The notes under the pieces were generated by a model. It was not told where the DNA came from and did no database searches. It was given only the letters and a program-made list of their open reading frames with translations. From Promethearchaeia archaeon (GTDB lineage Archaea > Asgardarchaeota > Lokiarchaeia > Sigyniarchaeales > SOKP01), in assembly GCA_029856145.1 (NCBI GenBank), contig JAHQWK010000008.1:1-64000 (forward strand): a stretch of 64,000 nucleotides of DNA. The letters run 5' to 3'. Shown piece by piece: positions 8,371 through 18,194 of the stretch (positions are counted from its first letter, which is position 1; each line of letters starts with the position of its first letter). The position numbers and the translations under genes were made by a program.

Positions 8371-10707
8371 ATGAGCATATATTATAAGGAAAAGATAAAA
8401 TACATTACAGACGATCTAATGCTGCAAAAATTTGATTTATATGCAACGTTCAATAAATTAAAGGAACTACTACAGGATGAGGATCACCCTTATTACTGGA
8501 ATAAATTGTATAGACTTAGAGTTACTATTCAAATTCAGACTCCTGACTATAATCTTTTGGACCAATTTTATCAGCAAGGAATCTTCAAAAGCCATGAATT
8601 CGAAGCTATCGTGGACATGGTTAAAGCAAAGGTCAAGAGTAATATCACTATTCTCACTAACACATTAGATTATACTCTCAATCAATACAGCTCCTTAAAA
8701 AATTCACTTTCTATTAAACGCTTTGAGGCTTTTGAGAAAATGAAAGGGAAGCGATCTGTTCGAATTGATAATGTAGAGTTAATCTTTAACCTAAACAAAT
8801 TAGACTTAAAAGATGTAGTTGCATTACTAAAATGGTGGAATGTCGATGATTTTTCATTTTCAAAACAGATTCTTCTGAACATAGAAGGAGAAATCAGAGG
8901 CACTTCTAAATTTGGAAAAATCACCACTTTTGAAGTGAATAAAAGACCTGTACAAGAGATTGGGAATTTTCTTTCTCATAAAGACCTTGAAAGAACTAAT
9001 GAATTCTTAGGACATGAAAGATACTTTGAGGTGTTAAAAACGTTCATGTTTCCTGAAGGATTCGAAAATCAAGCAGAGATCACCCTTGATATTGTTAAAG
9101 ACGAAATATATCCTCAGAAGCGAAGAGCCGTATCGACTAATGGCTCATCAATGAAATTCCATCAATTAATAACTAAGCTAACTCCTCATAAAGAGTATCA
9201 AAAAATCATAAAAGAAAATAGAATTGTAGGAATATACTGTTCAGTAAAGAGTGTAAATGACGATCTTCTATACTTTTTAATTGATATTGACGTTCCCCCA
9301 TTATTTTATAACTTATTCCCCCACCAGACAGTATGGACGCTCACATTAAATATTGCGAAATCCATTATGAGAACCGCTTCTCGATTTGGACTACCTCCAT
9401 TTAAAGTCTCATTTTCAGGCGCGAAAGGTCTCCACTTACTTGCGAAATTAGAAAATCCAAAAGTTGTCCAGGATGTGGAGCAGTATGTAAATTTTTCAGA
9501 ACTTTATCGGTTCTCCCTTCTCCCCGGCATGAAAACGCTGAAGAAAGAGAAAACTAGCAGCTTAAATGACAAGTTTAAGTTTGCTAAATCTCTTCTTCAG
9601 TCATTATTGCTATATACAGTATATAGGGAAGGGATCATCATACCTACTGAAATTATCAGAAAATTACGAATAGTATATCCTTATCAGTTATTTCGGTTAT
9701 CTGTGGATGCGAAAAATCGTTTAGCAATACTTCTTGATTGCTCTTCCATGAGTAGGGGAGTATTTCGCCTATGCAGCCCACACCCTTCTTCAAAATTGGT
9801 ATCCATTCCGATTTCAGATATGAGAACAAATAAAGTCTGTGAAGAATATCTGGACTATGAGAAAGTACGTGAAGATGCGAAGCTCGAAAATGTTATTGAT
9901 AAGTTTAACAAGGATGGTATTGAACTATTTTTACAAAAACCAGCCACTATTACCAGAGATCATATTAAAAATCTTTTACGCCCTGATAAACTGCTTCCTG
10001 CTTTTGCCACATTACTCAGATTCGGAACCATTTATTCTATAATGCGTTCGCCAAAAAGTTTTAGCTTCTGGTATCGATTTTTTGAACTAAGGAGTTTTTA
10101 TGCTTATATCCATGACCTAGTAGAATCGTATGATGGTAAGGTGCTAAAAGATTTTATTAATTTTATTAGGAATATGGCCTCCAGATTGAGGGTAGAAAAT
10201 AAGGATCAGCTGCTTAACTTAGTAAAATTACATTTAGAACATAAGAAGATAAGCTTTCCTCTCTTTAAACACTGGTTAAATACCTATTATTATATTGAAT
10301 TTTTCTTTAATCTAAAATCCGAAGTATTTTTGAGAGAGAATGAAGAGAGTCTAATTGAACTATTTCAAAATGAAGTTCAATTCCATAACTTTCTCTCTCA
10401 AGCTCAAGAAATATTTAATATTGCGGTGTATACCATTTCAAGTCAAGTGATTTTAGGGGATAATGAAGATCTTACAAAAGAACAAATTGATTGTGTGAAT
10501 GAATTTTACAATGACTCCACTTCGTTAATTCATCTTGTACGATATTATTTAAGCGAGCTTACTCACGATCCAGCTTCTGAAGGAAATGAAGGACGATTGA
10601 TTAGGACTATTCATTTCATTAGCAAACTCTATTTTTCTTCCATAAAATTTATCCGTGAATTCTACAGTTTAGGTGAGCAATCCAAGGTAGTTGAAATATG
10701 GAGATAA
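8371..10707 (+). CDS. archaeo-eukaryotic primase (AEP) / primase-polymerase family protein
   Basis: Motif I FLIDIDV, motif II SFSGAKGLHLL, motif III LLDC..SRGVFRLCSPHP; long N- and C-terminal extensions. Confidence 0.85.
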   Translation: MSIYYKEKIKYITDDLMLQKFDLYATFNKLKELLQDEDHPYYWNKLYRLRVTIQIQTPDYNLLDQFYQQGIFKSHEFEAIVDMVKAKVKSNITILTNTLDYTLNQYSSLKNSLSIKRFEAFEKMKGKRSVRIDNVELIFNLNKLDLKDVVALLKWWNVDDFSFSKQILLNIEGEIRGTSKFGKITTFEVNKRPVQEIGNFLSHKDLERTNEFLGHERYFEVLKTFMFPEGFENQAEITLDIVKDEIYPQKRRAVSTNGSSMKFHQLITKLTPHKEYQKIIKENRIVGIYCSVKSVNDDLLYFLIDIDVPPLFYNLFPHQTVWTLTLNIAKSIMRTASRFGLPPFKVSFSGAKGLHLLAKLENPKVVQDVEQYVNFSELYRFSLLPGMKTLKKEKTSSLNDKFKFAKSLLQSLLLYTVYREGIIIPTEIIRKLRIVYPYQLFRLSVDAKNRLAILLDCSSMSRGVFRLCSPHPSSKLVSIPISDMRTNKVCEEYLDYEKVREDAKLENVIDKFNKDGIELFLQKPATITRDHIKNLLRPDKLLPAFATLLRFGTIYSIMRSPKSFSFWYRFFELRSFYAYIHDLVESYDGKVLKDFINFIRNMASRLRVENKDQLLNLVKLHLEHKKISFPLFKHWLNTYYYIEFFFNLKSEVFLRENEESLIELFQNEVQFHNFLSQAQEIFNIAVYTISSQVILGDNEDLTKEQIDCVNEFYNDSTSLIHLVRYYLSELTHDPASEGNEGRLIRTIHFISKLYFSSIKFIREFYSLGEQSKVVEIWR

Positions 10708-11354
10708 ATGAGATGCAAAAATGGAATATCGCTAATAGGATTAATAGTAATTATGATTTTGCTTCAATAATAAAGGAATTGGAGCTCGTAAAAAGACCCG
10801 ACTTTATTAAACTTGTAAAAAAAAAAGGTGCAATTAATAAAAGTCCTGATATGTATAAAATCGCTATTTTAGATTTCGAGGGATCACCTGTATTTTGCTG
10901 CGGAATTTTAATTCATGATACCATCCTAACATATTATATTGAAGACTCTTCTCACAAAACAGATCTCTATAATTTAATTTTCACATTACTAGGGATTGCA
11001 AGAGATCTCTCGTTTTTTGCCTTTAGCGAACATGAACGAGTTGAACTTTTAAATATGTATCAATACCTGCAAGTTCAAGGTGAAGACATCTCTAAGTTCA
11101 GTTTCATTACGACATTTCCTATTATCAACATTCAAAAATCAGAGTCCAAATACGAGTCCTTAACAGAAGCGTTCTATTCGATACATCCACATTCAGCAAA
11201 AATGACAGGTGATGCGCTATTTCGAAATAATAAACTCATTGATAAGCTATTTGCTGCTCAAAAGTTTAACGAGATTATATTACATAATCAGAACTGTTTG
11301 GTAAATGAATATCTGATATTTTTAGTTCGATGGTATAAAAATTATAGAATTTAA
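10698..11354 (+). CDS. RNase H-fold (DEDD/YprB-like) 3'-5' exonuclease family protein
   Basis: IAILDFEG ExoI-like motif and IILHNQNCLVNE ExoIII-like helix; overlaps the AEP stop. Confidence 0.6.
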   Translation: MEINEMQKWNIANRINSNYDFASIIKELELVKRPDFIKLVKKKGAINKSPDMYKIAILDFEGSPVFCCGILIHDTILTYYIEDSSHKTDLYNLIFTLLGIARDLSFFAFSEHERVELLNMYQYLQVQGEDISKFSFITTFPIINIQKSESKYESLTEAFYSIHPHSAKMTGDALFRNNKLIDKLFAAQKFNEIILHNQNCLVNEYLIFLVRWYKNYRI

Positions 11355-11407
11355 GGTGACACGAAAAATAAAGATTTGATAAAAATGAAAGATTATGGTG
11401 AATCCAA

Positions 11408-11635
11408 CTGACTGAAAAAAAACAAACAAAATATAAGAATGTGCAGGTGCCAGAATTGTTAATCGATACTATCCTTATTTTTATCCCTGATTTAGGATAT
11501 AGAACACATCATGAATTTATCATGGAAGCTATCAGACGACACGTTGGAGATGCGATTGACACGATTTCAAAACTTGATAAGCTGAAGGCCTCTAAAAGCC
11601 TAAAGAAGAAATTAAAAGAGATCGCTCTTGATTAG
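11408..11635 (+). CDS. ribbon-helix-helix (CopG/NikR-like) DNA-binding protein
   Basis: YKNVQVPELLIDTI...LGYRTHHEFIMEAIRRHV. The frame extends to a CTG at 11408, 6 nt after GGTGA, which restores the RHH beta-strand. Confidence 0.75.
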   Translation: MTEKKQTKYKNVQVPELLIDTILIFIPDLGYRTHHEFIMEAIRRHVGDAIDTISKLDKLKASKSLKKKLKEIALD

Positions 11636-11991
11636 AGATACCTATGTTGGTTGGATAACTTTTAAAAAATGATATTTCCTTATTTTTTACTATTTTTTAA
11701 TTGTATTTAATATTCAAAATCGAATATTTTCTTCTAAAAGGTTTAGGATTTTAACATTTTCAGTCTTTTTAAGCTCTTTATCCATTTCGGATTTTGCTAC
11801 TTATATAGCAAAATAAGAAGAACTATCGAATCATTTTGAAAATTAAAAGAGATAGCCTTCAATTAAATAATCAGAGACAGCGTTTTTTCAGTATTAAGTT
11901 CCATAATGGTTGGATAATTTATCAAAGTTTATATTTCTTGATTTTCTTATTATTTCTTGCATGTAGTAAAATATGACAATAATTTTAAAGA

Positions 11992-12375
11992 GTGAGATCT
12001 TCAATATCTGCTCTAAAAAATAATAGAATAAATAATTTACATCGACAAAAAATAATGGTACATAGAAAAACAGATTCAATGCACATTGCAAAAAGTGAAA
12101 TATCGAAAATAATCATTGGTCTAAATCTATTCGCTTTCGAGGACTTTAAGAAGATCATTTTAGAAAAATATGCAATGATTAGCGAAAAACTTCGAAGAAC
12201 CACGAAATATCGAGATCCACGACTTCTCATTCCTCTTATTATCTATACATATTTGCGACTTAATGACCACAAAATCAGTAAATCACAATTACTATCAGTC
12301 TCTCATATTTCAAGTGCCGACTTTAATGATTTCATAATGCAATTAAAAAATTATCTTAGCAGAATGATTAAATAA
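11992..12375 (+). CDS. stand-alone cyclin-fold (TFB/TFIIB repeat-like) domain protein; true start probably 12055 or 12079
   Basis: AKSEISKIIIGLNL...KYRDPRLLIPLIIYTYLRLNDHKISKSQLLSVSHIS matches the helix pattern of one TFIIB cyclin repeat. Confidence 0.5.
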   Translation: MRSSISALKNNRINNLHRQKIMVHRKTDSMHIAKSEISKIIIGLNLFAFEDFKKIILEKYAMISEKLRRTTKYRDPRLLIPLIIYTYLRLNDHKISKSQLLSVSHISSADFNDFIMQLKNYLSRMIK

Positions 12376-12553
12376 CAGGGATTAGTATGAATATGAAAAT
12401 TCAATTTTGTAGCGATCAAAACGTACAAGACTTCAGAACAGTATCTTTTTTAAACATCAAATTTTTCCACATGTGTATAGGAGTACAAATTTGTACAATT
12501 CTTCTAGGGTTAGGGGTTAAAACCTTACTTTTTAAAGAGAGGTATTTAGCAAA

Positions 12554-12640
12554 ATGACAAAACCAACAAATATGCCAGTTGATTCAATCATAACCTTACT
12601 TCGAGAGTGCATTTTTTATTACCTAAGGGGAGGTTTATAA
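12554..12640 (+). CDS. 28-aa leader ORF translationally coupled (TAATG) to the ParB-like gene
   Basis: GAGAGGT SD, then MTKPTNMPVDSIITLLRECIFYYLRGGL; its stop overlaps the ATG at 12640. Confidence 0.4.
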   Translation: MTKPTNMPVDSIITLLRECIFYYLRGGL

Positions 12641-13974
12641 TGATAAAAGAAAACAATAAGCATCCTCCATCACCTAAAAGAGAATTAACTGTTCAAGAGT
12701 TTCCGCTTGCACACGTTAAGGTAAATCCGCAAGCGAGGGTTAGACAGGAGTTTGGTGATTATAAGAATGACCTAAAATATATAGCTCTAAGAGAATCGAT
12801 GGCTAAATTCGGTTTAAGAAACCCCATTTCTTTAAACAGTAATTGTGTATTAGTTGAAGGTTTTCGGCGTTTTTCTGCCGCTACAGATCTTGGTTGGGAG
12901 ACGATTCCTACTATTATAGATCATCTTACTGAGATGGAAGCCTTAGAATTGGAATTGGAAGAAAATTTTTTAAGAAAAGATTTTACCGATTATCAAGTCT
13001 ACATAGGAGTTGCAAGACTTAAACGATTACATGAGAAAGAATACCCGAAGACAAAGAGAGGAAAATATGACCGGTCTTCAAAGTATAAGCAAGATCACAA
13101 AACCATATTTCCATCGGGTGGAAATATGATCAATAATTCTCCTTCTTTTAGTGATACGTATTGTTCCATCTTGGGACTGAAAAAAAGCGCCTTATACAAT
13201 AAAACTCAAATAGGGGAAGCCATACTTAATAATAAGTTTAATTCTAAAACAATCAAAGCAATAAAAGATGAAAGAATAACACAGAAGCAGTTATTACAGA
13301 AATTAAGGCAGATTGAGAATAAAAAGATAATAAGGGATAAATTAAAAGACGTTCTTGAAGTTCCTACTACTACTTCAGAGAAGATTCCTGAGAAGAATCT
13401 GCTAATTAATGATGAATCTCACGATGTTAGAAACCCCTCAACAACAGATGCACAAGAATTTATAAAAGCCGAAAAAATTATAAAAGCAGGAATAAATGAT
13501 CCTGAAGCCCAACAACTAGTAGAAAAAGTAAAAAAGAATGAGATCTCCTTAGATACTACCGAGAAAAAGGTAGATAAAATTGAATCCTTAAGCAAATCTA
13601 TTCGAGAGCATAACATCAATAAATATAAGGAAGCAGGGAATAAATTCAAGAAATCACAAAATAAAATAACTTCAATGAATAACAAAAAAAAGACGGATTA
13701 TGGCTTAGAAGAGAAATACGAAAATGATAATTGTGGATCATGTTCTCTAGCACATCTTTTCGTTATGGAGTGTTATAAATGTGATACCATTGCCAAGTGC
13801 ATACAATGCAAGACTCCAATATATGCAGTTATTTGTGAGCATGATATTATAAAAGGTGTTCCGAAATTCAGGAATCCTAAGTTGAAAAAGTGTAAGTATT
13901 CTCCTGAATATATCCCACCTAATAATACTAAAGTTCGTATAAAAAATAATCTTATTCAGGAAGAATATCTTTAA
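12640..13974 (+). CDS. ParB/Srx N-terminal domain protein with HTH-like middle and Cys-rich C-terminus
   Basis: LRESMAKFGLRNPISL...LVEGFRRFSAATDLGWETIP...ELEENFLRKDF. GGAGG SD before ATG 12640. C-terminal CGSC, CYKC, CIQC. Confidence 0.85.
   Translation: MIKENNKHPPSPKRELTVQEFPLAHVKVNPQARVRQEFGDYKNDLKYIALRESMAKFGLRNPISLNSNCVLVEGFRRFSAATDLGWETIPTIIDHLTEMEALELELEENFLRKDFTDYQVYIGVARLKRLHEKEYPKTKRGKYDRSSKYKQDHKTIFPSGGNMINNSPSFSDTYCSILGLKKSALYNKTQIGEAILNNKFNSKTIKAIKDERITQKQLLQKLRQIENKKIIRDKLKDVLEVPTTTSEKIPEKNLLINDESHDVRNPSTTDAQEFIKAEKIIKAGINDPEAQQLVEKVKKNEISLDTTEKKVDKIESLSKSIREHNINKYKEAGNKFKKSQNKITSMNNKKKTDYGLEEKYENDNCGSCSLAHLFVMECYKCDTIAKCIQCKTPIYAVICEHDIIKGVPKFRNPKLKKCKYSPEYIPPNNTKVRIKNNLIQEEYL
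13104..13128. promoter_or_regulatory. intragenic inverted repeat, candidate ParB-binding (parS-like) site
   Basis: CATATTTCCA-TCGGG-TGGAAATATG, perfect 10-bp arms. Confidence 0.5.
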
Positions 13975-14131
13975 TATCAATTTCTCTTGATACTATTAAT
14001 TTATAAGATTTAGGCCTTTTTGAACTTACTATTTTAAGAATTCGTTTATCTACAAGGAAGTTTAAGGATCTCCAAAAAAATTGATTTTGGATTGATTTGA
14101 AGAGCTAATCTTATGGGATAAGGTTAAAATC

Positions 14132-14335
14132 ATGAATGGAAAGACTATAAAATATCGAAAATATAAAGGGCAAGGTTCTGGAACGTTAAATATTCCAATT
14201 TCTATCGCAGATGCGTTAAATTGGAAAGATCACGATAAAATAAGTCTTGTCATTGAGGTCATAGATGGTCAAAAGGGTATTTTCTTATTCAAGGAGGAAA
14301 AATTATTCCCAAAATTCGTTCGGAATTTTTACTGA
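14132..14335 (+). CDS. AbrB/MazE/SpoVT-family DNA-binding protein
   Basis: GQGSGTLNIPISIADALNWKDHDKISLVI..GIFLFK swapped-hairpin pattern. Confidence 0.75.
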   Translation: MNGKTIKYRKYKGQGSGTLNIPISIADALNWKDHDKISLVIEVIDGQKGIFLFKEEKLFPKFVRNFY

Positions 14336-14595
14336 ATATATTAAAATCCTTAACCGAACGATTAAAGTACTTTTTAGAACTTTATGAGTAATGATTTCTA
14401 AAAAATAAAGTAAAGACATTAATTGATCTAACCAATTTAAACAAGCTCTATAAAATGCAATTCTCATACCTAATGAATCATATTTAAAGGAAAAATCCAC
14501 GCAGGAAAATAGACTATAATGTTTATATCTCACTTGATCTTATATGAACTATAGACAAATAATTCATATAAAAACTAATAATAGACAAAAAATGG

Positions 14596-16077
14596 GTGAT
14601 TATTATCAATAATTTAAAAGAAAAAGCTGCACTTTCAATTTTGTTCTTCCTTCTCTTTACCATGTTTGTAGGATGTTGGTATACTTCTCCTTATGAATCC
14701 AGCATTGAAAAGGATGGAGATTTCCCTATAGAGAAAGAGATTAGATATGCCGGATATTATAATCTAACAGGGACTCCGATACTTATAGATGGGAATGGGG
14801 ATTGGGCTGCTGCCACTGCGAATGATTGGTGTTATTTTAAAAATGGGTTCTACATCATAGAAAATGTTACTATTGATGGATTAGATGCTGACAGTTGCAT
14901 TACTATTATGAACTCGGATGTGCCCTTTATTATTAGAAATTGTACCCTCTATAATAGTAATTATTTTTATGCTGGAATTAATTTACAATATGTGGAAAAT
15001 GGAGTAGTAACAAATAATAACTGCTCATATAACAACGGAAATGGTATTCGTGCAGATTCAAGTCAAAGTACCATAATTTCAAATAATTTAGTCAGCCATA
15101 ACGCTGAGTTTGGCATATTTACAGTAGAGGACACACTAGATGAAATTTATGGAAATACAGCCTTCGGTAATGGACAACCTGGAATTGAACTCCAAAGAAG
15201 CAATCATACCAATGTCTTTAATAATGAAATATATAATCAGCCTAATAGGAATGGAATATCTCTCAATAGAGGAGGAGTGACTTATAATAAGGTTTTTAAC
15301 AACACAATCTATAATGTATGGTTCGGAATCTCTATTGCTAATGAATATAATGAAATAACTTTAAACGATATAAGAGATTGTGATGTTGGAATTTCAACAT
15401 CGAATGTGATAACAGGTGCAGGTTATAATAATATCACAAGAAATACTATAGTAGGTAACAATCGTGGAATTTATGAGTCTTATGGATCTAATCTCTTTTA
15501 TCTAAATTATCTTGATAATACAGAAAATGTATATGAGGCTACAACGGAACTTAACTATTGGGATAATGGATCAATAGGAAATTATTATTCAGATTATAGC
15601 GGAAAAGATACTAATGATGATGGAATTGGAGACTCGGTGTATGATATTCCCGGAGGACCCGGAAATCAAGGTCAAGATAATTATCCGATTTGGTGGGATG
15701 CTCCTATGATCTCGATAATTTTACCTAATGTAACAAAGACATTTGAAAATGCTCCCTCTTATGAAATATCGGTTGATGAAGGAATTGCAGATATAATGTG
15801 GTATACTATAGATCATGGAATTACAAATATTACATTCACAAGTTTAATAGGGTTTATTAATGAAACTGCATGGGATAGTGCATCTGAGGGACCAATAACC
15901 ATCATTTTTTATACAAATGATTCAAGAGGATATATAGGAAAAGCAGAAGTACAAATCATAAAAGAAATTGATCAAGGCTCCCTTGGACCAGCAATACCAG
16001 GATATCATATGTATTTGCTGTTAGGTACTATTTCAATTATATCATTAGTGTATATAAAGAAGCGAAAAAGGAAGTAA
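14596..16077 (+). CDS. secreted NosD/pectin-lyase-like right-handed beta-helix protein with Loki-CTERM-type sorting signal
   Basis: Signal peptide, Asn-rich NNxxxNNxxGI repeats, GNYYSDYSGKDTNDDGIGDSVY motif, and C-terminal IPGY + TM + KKRKRK. Confidence 0.85.
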   Translation: MIIINNLKEKAALSILFFLLFTMFVGCWYTSPYESSIEKDGDFPIEKEIRYAGYYNLTGTPILIDGNGDWAAATANDWCYFKNGFYIIENVTIDGLDADSCITIMNSDVPFIIRNCTLYNSNYFYAGINLQYVENGVVTNNNCSYNNGNGIRADSSQSTIISNNLVSHNAEFGIFTVEDTLDEIYGNTAFGNGQPGIELQRSNHTNVFNNEIYNQPNRNGISLNRGGVTYNKVFNNTIYNVWFGISIANEYNEITLNDIRDCDVGISTSNVITGAGYNNITRNTIVGNNRGIYESYGSNLFYLNYLDNTENVYEATTELNYWDNGSIGNYYSDYSGKDTNDDGIGDSVYDIPGGPGNQGQDNYPIWWDAPMISIILPNVTKTFENAPSYEISVDEGIADIMWYTIDHGITNITFTSLIGFINETAWDSASEGPITIIFYTNDSRGYIGKAEVQIIKEIDQGSLGPAIPGYHMYLLLGTISIISLVYIKKRKRK

Positions 16078-16194
16078 AAAAATATTTTTTTCTTCTATTT
16101 ATATTTTTTTTTATTTATATTTCAAACCCTAGTTTTTTGTAATTTTATTCAAATTATTTATTAATTAAGCTTTATCAAAAAAAAAGAAAAAAAA
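16078..16194. terminator. bidirectional T-tract terminator region between convergent genes
   Basis: Poly-T runs on the + strand after 16077 and poly-A runs next to 16195. Confidence 0.55.
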
Positions 16195-17934
16195 TTATTT
16201 AGTCTCGATTTTAGATTTTTTCTGCTTTTTCACCATAATTACTGATATTACAAACACTACTCCTACGAAGAGAAATATATTATATCCCGGAATTCCAGTT
16301 GGTGGTGCTATTTGTGGGGCATAAAAGATTGACAGAGAAGGATCATGAATAAAGCGTTCTCCCCCCCATATTGGATAATTCTGAGTCTCCATACGGAATA
16401 GATCATCCGCCACGGTAAATGTGGTGTCTAGTGCCACGAAATCATCTAATGTATATAAAAGATTTTGCAATGGTGCATCTGAGAACGATGTTTTAGTACT
16501 ATATCCGATCACGTTTGGATGAATGCTCCCGCCTTTGGATTCAAACTCGGTATCAGCTCCAAAATAATCATAGACCGTATAGTTTACCTTCTCTGGGTTT
16601 TCCATATTAATTTCTGCCACAATTGTATCATTTGACTCAAAAGTAAAAGTTTTAGTAGGAACACTTAATTGTTTCTGATCAACTTCAGCAAGATCAAAGG
16701 AACCTAAGAAATAATTATATTGAGGCATGACAAGTCCGCAGTCTTTCACTTTTTGATATAGTGTGTCATCAGTGATCTTACCAATCTCCCAAGTCATATC
16801 AAGATCTGCCTGATTCTCTCCCAATGAGTAATCGAAGTCATAGGAAAAGCTGATTGGAGTCGTTTCTTGATATGTCGCGTTCAAGGGGGTATAATACCCC
16901 AACTTCATGCTGTCGACGTTTATTGGGAAGTTTGGATAGTCAATACCCCAAGATATCTCTGTATCAGTAGTAGCTGTAGGCGGAGTAAATTCAATTGTAG
17001 ATGCAATATCATCAATTGTCATATCGTAAGGATTTGACACATTCCAAGTAAAAATGACTCCTGATGGTTTCCAATCATAAAGCATGTAATAACTTTGCGC
17101 AATTGGTTTCATTAAACCTAGAAATTCAGTACTCCCCAATAAAGAAGGAACACCCTCGTGGGAATTACCAGCGCTATAGATCAAGTTCTTATCTTTATCT
17201 TTGTACATGATGAAATCACTGAAAAGATTTGCCCACGCTATTTTGTCATTATTTTCCGTAGTATACATTTGGACCGTGAGAATAAGAGGCATTGAGAATT
17301 CTTCATTTCTAATTACATGCTCAACATAGGGATCATCCACGTCCTCCTCATAATGAGTTATGTTAATCTCATCAAAAACCGTATCTGTATCTGCCCACGT
17401 GTCGGTTATTTCCCACCCTGGTAAACTAATATTATAATAGGTACTTTCGATATATCGCTTACTTTCTTCATAATATGTATAATTTCCAGAAATAGATGTA
17501 AAGTAATGTTCTTGGTTGTATATCCCTTTTTTCACAGCAAACCAGTAAAGCTTTACTCCAGTGCCGTAATCAACATTTACGCGATAGACATCTAAGTTAA
17601 GGTCTACAGTTAGATTACCCGAGATTATATGCTTAAAATAAGTAGAAAAATTAGCTTCAAGATAGACTGTACGCAACTCCTTTATAACATAGTCCTCAGT
17701 CTCGCTGTAATTATAATCGGCTTGGGTATACACATCAGTGAAAGTCCCGGAATTTTCTACTTCATACGTTTCGTTATCAAATACTTTTTGAGTTGAGTAA
17801 GAGAACGTCATCTCTTGCCATGAAAATCTTGGTCTGACTGGAGGTGCTGCGTGAACTCCGATAATAGTAAATAGACCTGCTATCATACACCACAGGACGA
17901 TAATTATGGTGATAGTCTTTCTAAATTTTATTAT
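16195..17934 (-). CDS. cell-surface (S-layer-like) glycoprotein with Loki-CTERM-type sorting signal
   Basis: Acidic, Tyr/Thr-rich, with many N-x-S/T; C-terminal IPGYNIFLFVGVVFVISVIMVKKQKK. Extending to ATA 17934 (6 nt after AGGTGA) gives a full signal peptide, IIKFRKTITIIIVLWCMIAGLFTIIGVHA. Confidence 0.8.
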   Translation of the reverse strand: MIKFRKTITIIIVLWCMIAGLFTIIGVHAAPPVRPRFSWQEMTFSYSTQKVFDNETYEVENSGTFTDVYTQADYNYSETEDYVIKELRTVYLEANFSTYFKHIISGNLTVDLNLDVYRVNVDYGTGVKLYWFAVKKGIYNQEHYFTSISGNYTYYEESKRYIESTYYNISLPGWEITDTWADTDTVFDEINITHYEEDVDDPYVEHVIRNEEFSMPLILTVQMYTTENNDKIAWANLFSDFIMYKDKDKNLIYSAGNSHEGVPSLLGSTEFLGLMKPIAQSYYMLYDWKPSGVIFTWNVSNPYDMTIDDIASTIEFTPPTATTDTEISWGIDYPNFPINVDSMKLGYYTPLNATYQETTPISFSYDFDYSLGENQADLDMTWEIGKITDDTLYQKVKDCGLVMPQYNYFLGSFDLAEVDQKQLSVPTKTFTFESNDTIVAEINMENPEKVNYTVYDYFGADTEFESKGGSIHPNVIGYSTKTSFSDAPLQNLLYTLDDFVALDTTFTVADDLFRMETQNYPIWGGERFIHDPSLSIFYAPQIAPPTGIPGYNIFLFVGVVFVISVIMVKKQKKSKIETK

Positions 17935-17999
17935 TTTATATCACCTGAATTTTAATCTTTTTTTATAGATTTACTTATGAAAACAGTATTACGATAACG

Positions 18000-18007
18000 T
18001 ATATAAA
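18000..18007 (-). promoter_or_regulatory. candidate TATA box (TTTATATA) of the surface-protein gene
   Basis: About 65 nt upstream of the inferred start. Confidence 0.4.
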
Positions 18008-18037
18008 TATTACCAACTTTTCGATACTAAACCTTTG

Positions 18038-18061
18038 AGACTCGTCACATGTGATGAGTCT
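18038..18061. promoter_or_regulatory. 24-bp near-perfect palindrome, candidate operator
   Basis: AGACTCGTCACA|TGTGATGAGTCT, one mismatch; half-site ACTCGTCAC recurs at 18711-18719. Confidence 0.6.
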
Positions 18062-18194
18062 TGCTTCAGAATCATTCCTAAGTTTTTGTGTAAAAATATT
18101 CCAATATTTTCTCGATTTTGTGTTAAAAATGTTCTGTATTCTGAGTGATCTATATTATATTTCATAGCTTTTGATCTTCGTTGAGCTCCTTCAT

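Noticed and set aside
12504-12520. TAGGGTTAGGGG telomere-like/G4 sequence, and scattered TTAGGR motifs in intergenic DNA
   Set aside because: Fewer than two full units; such short motifs are expected by chance in AT-rich DNA, and no attC-like inverse core or hairpin was found.
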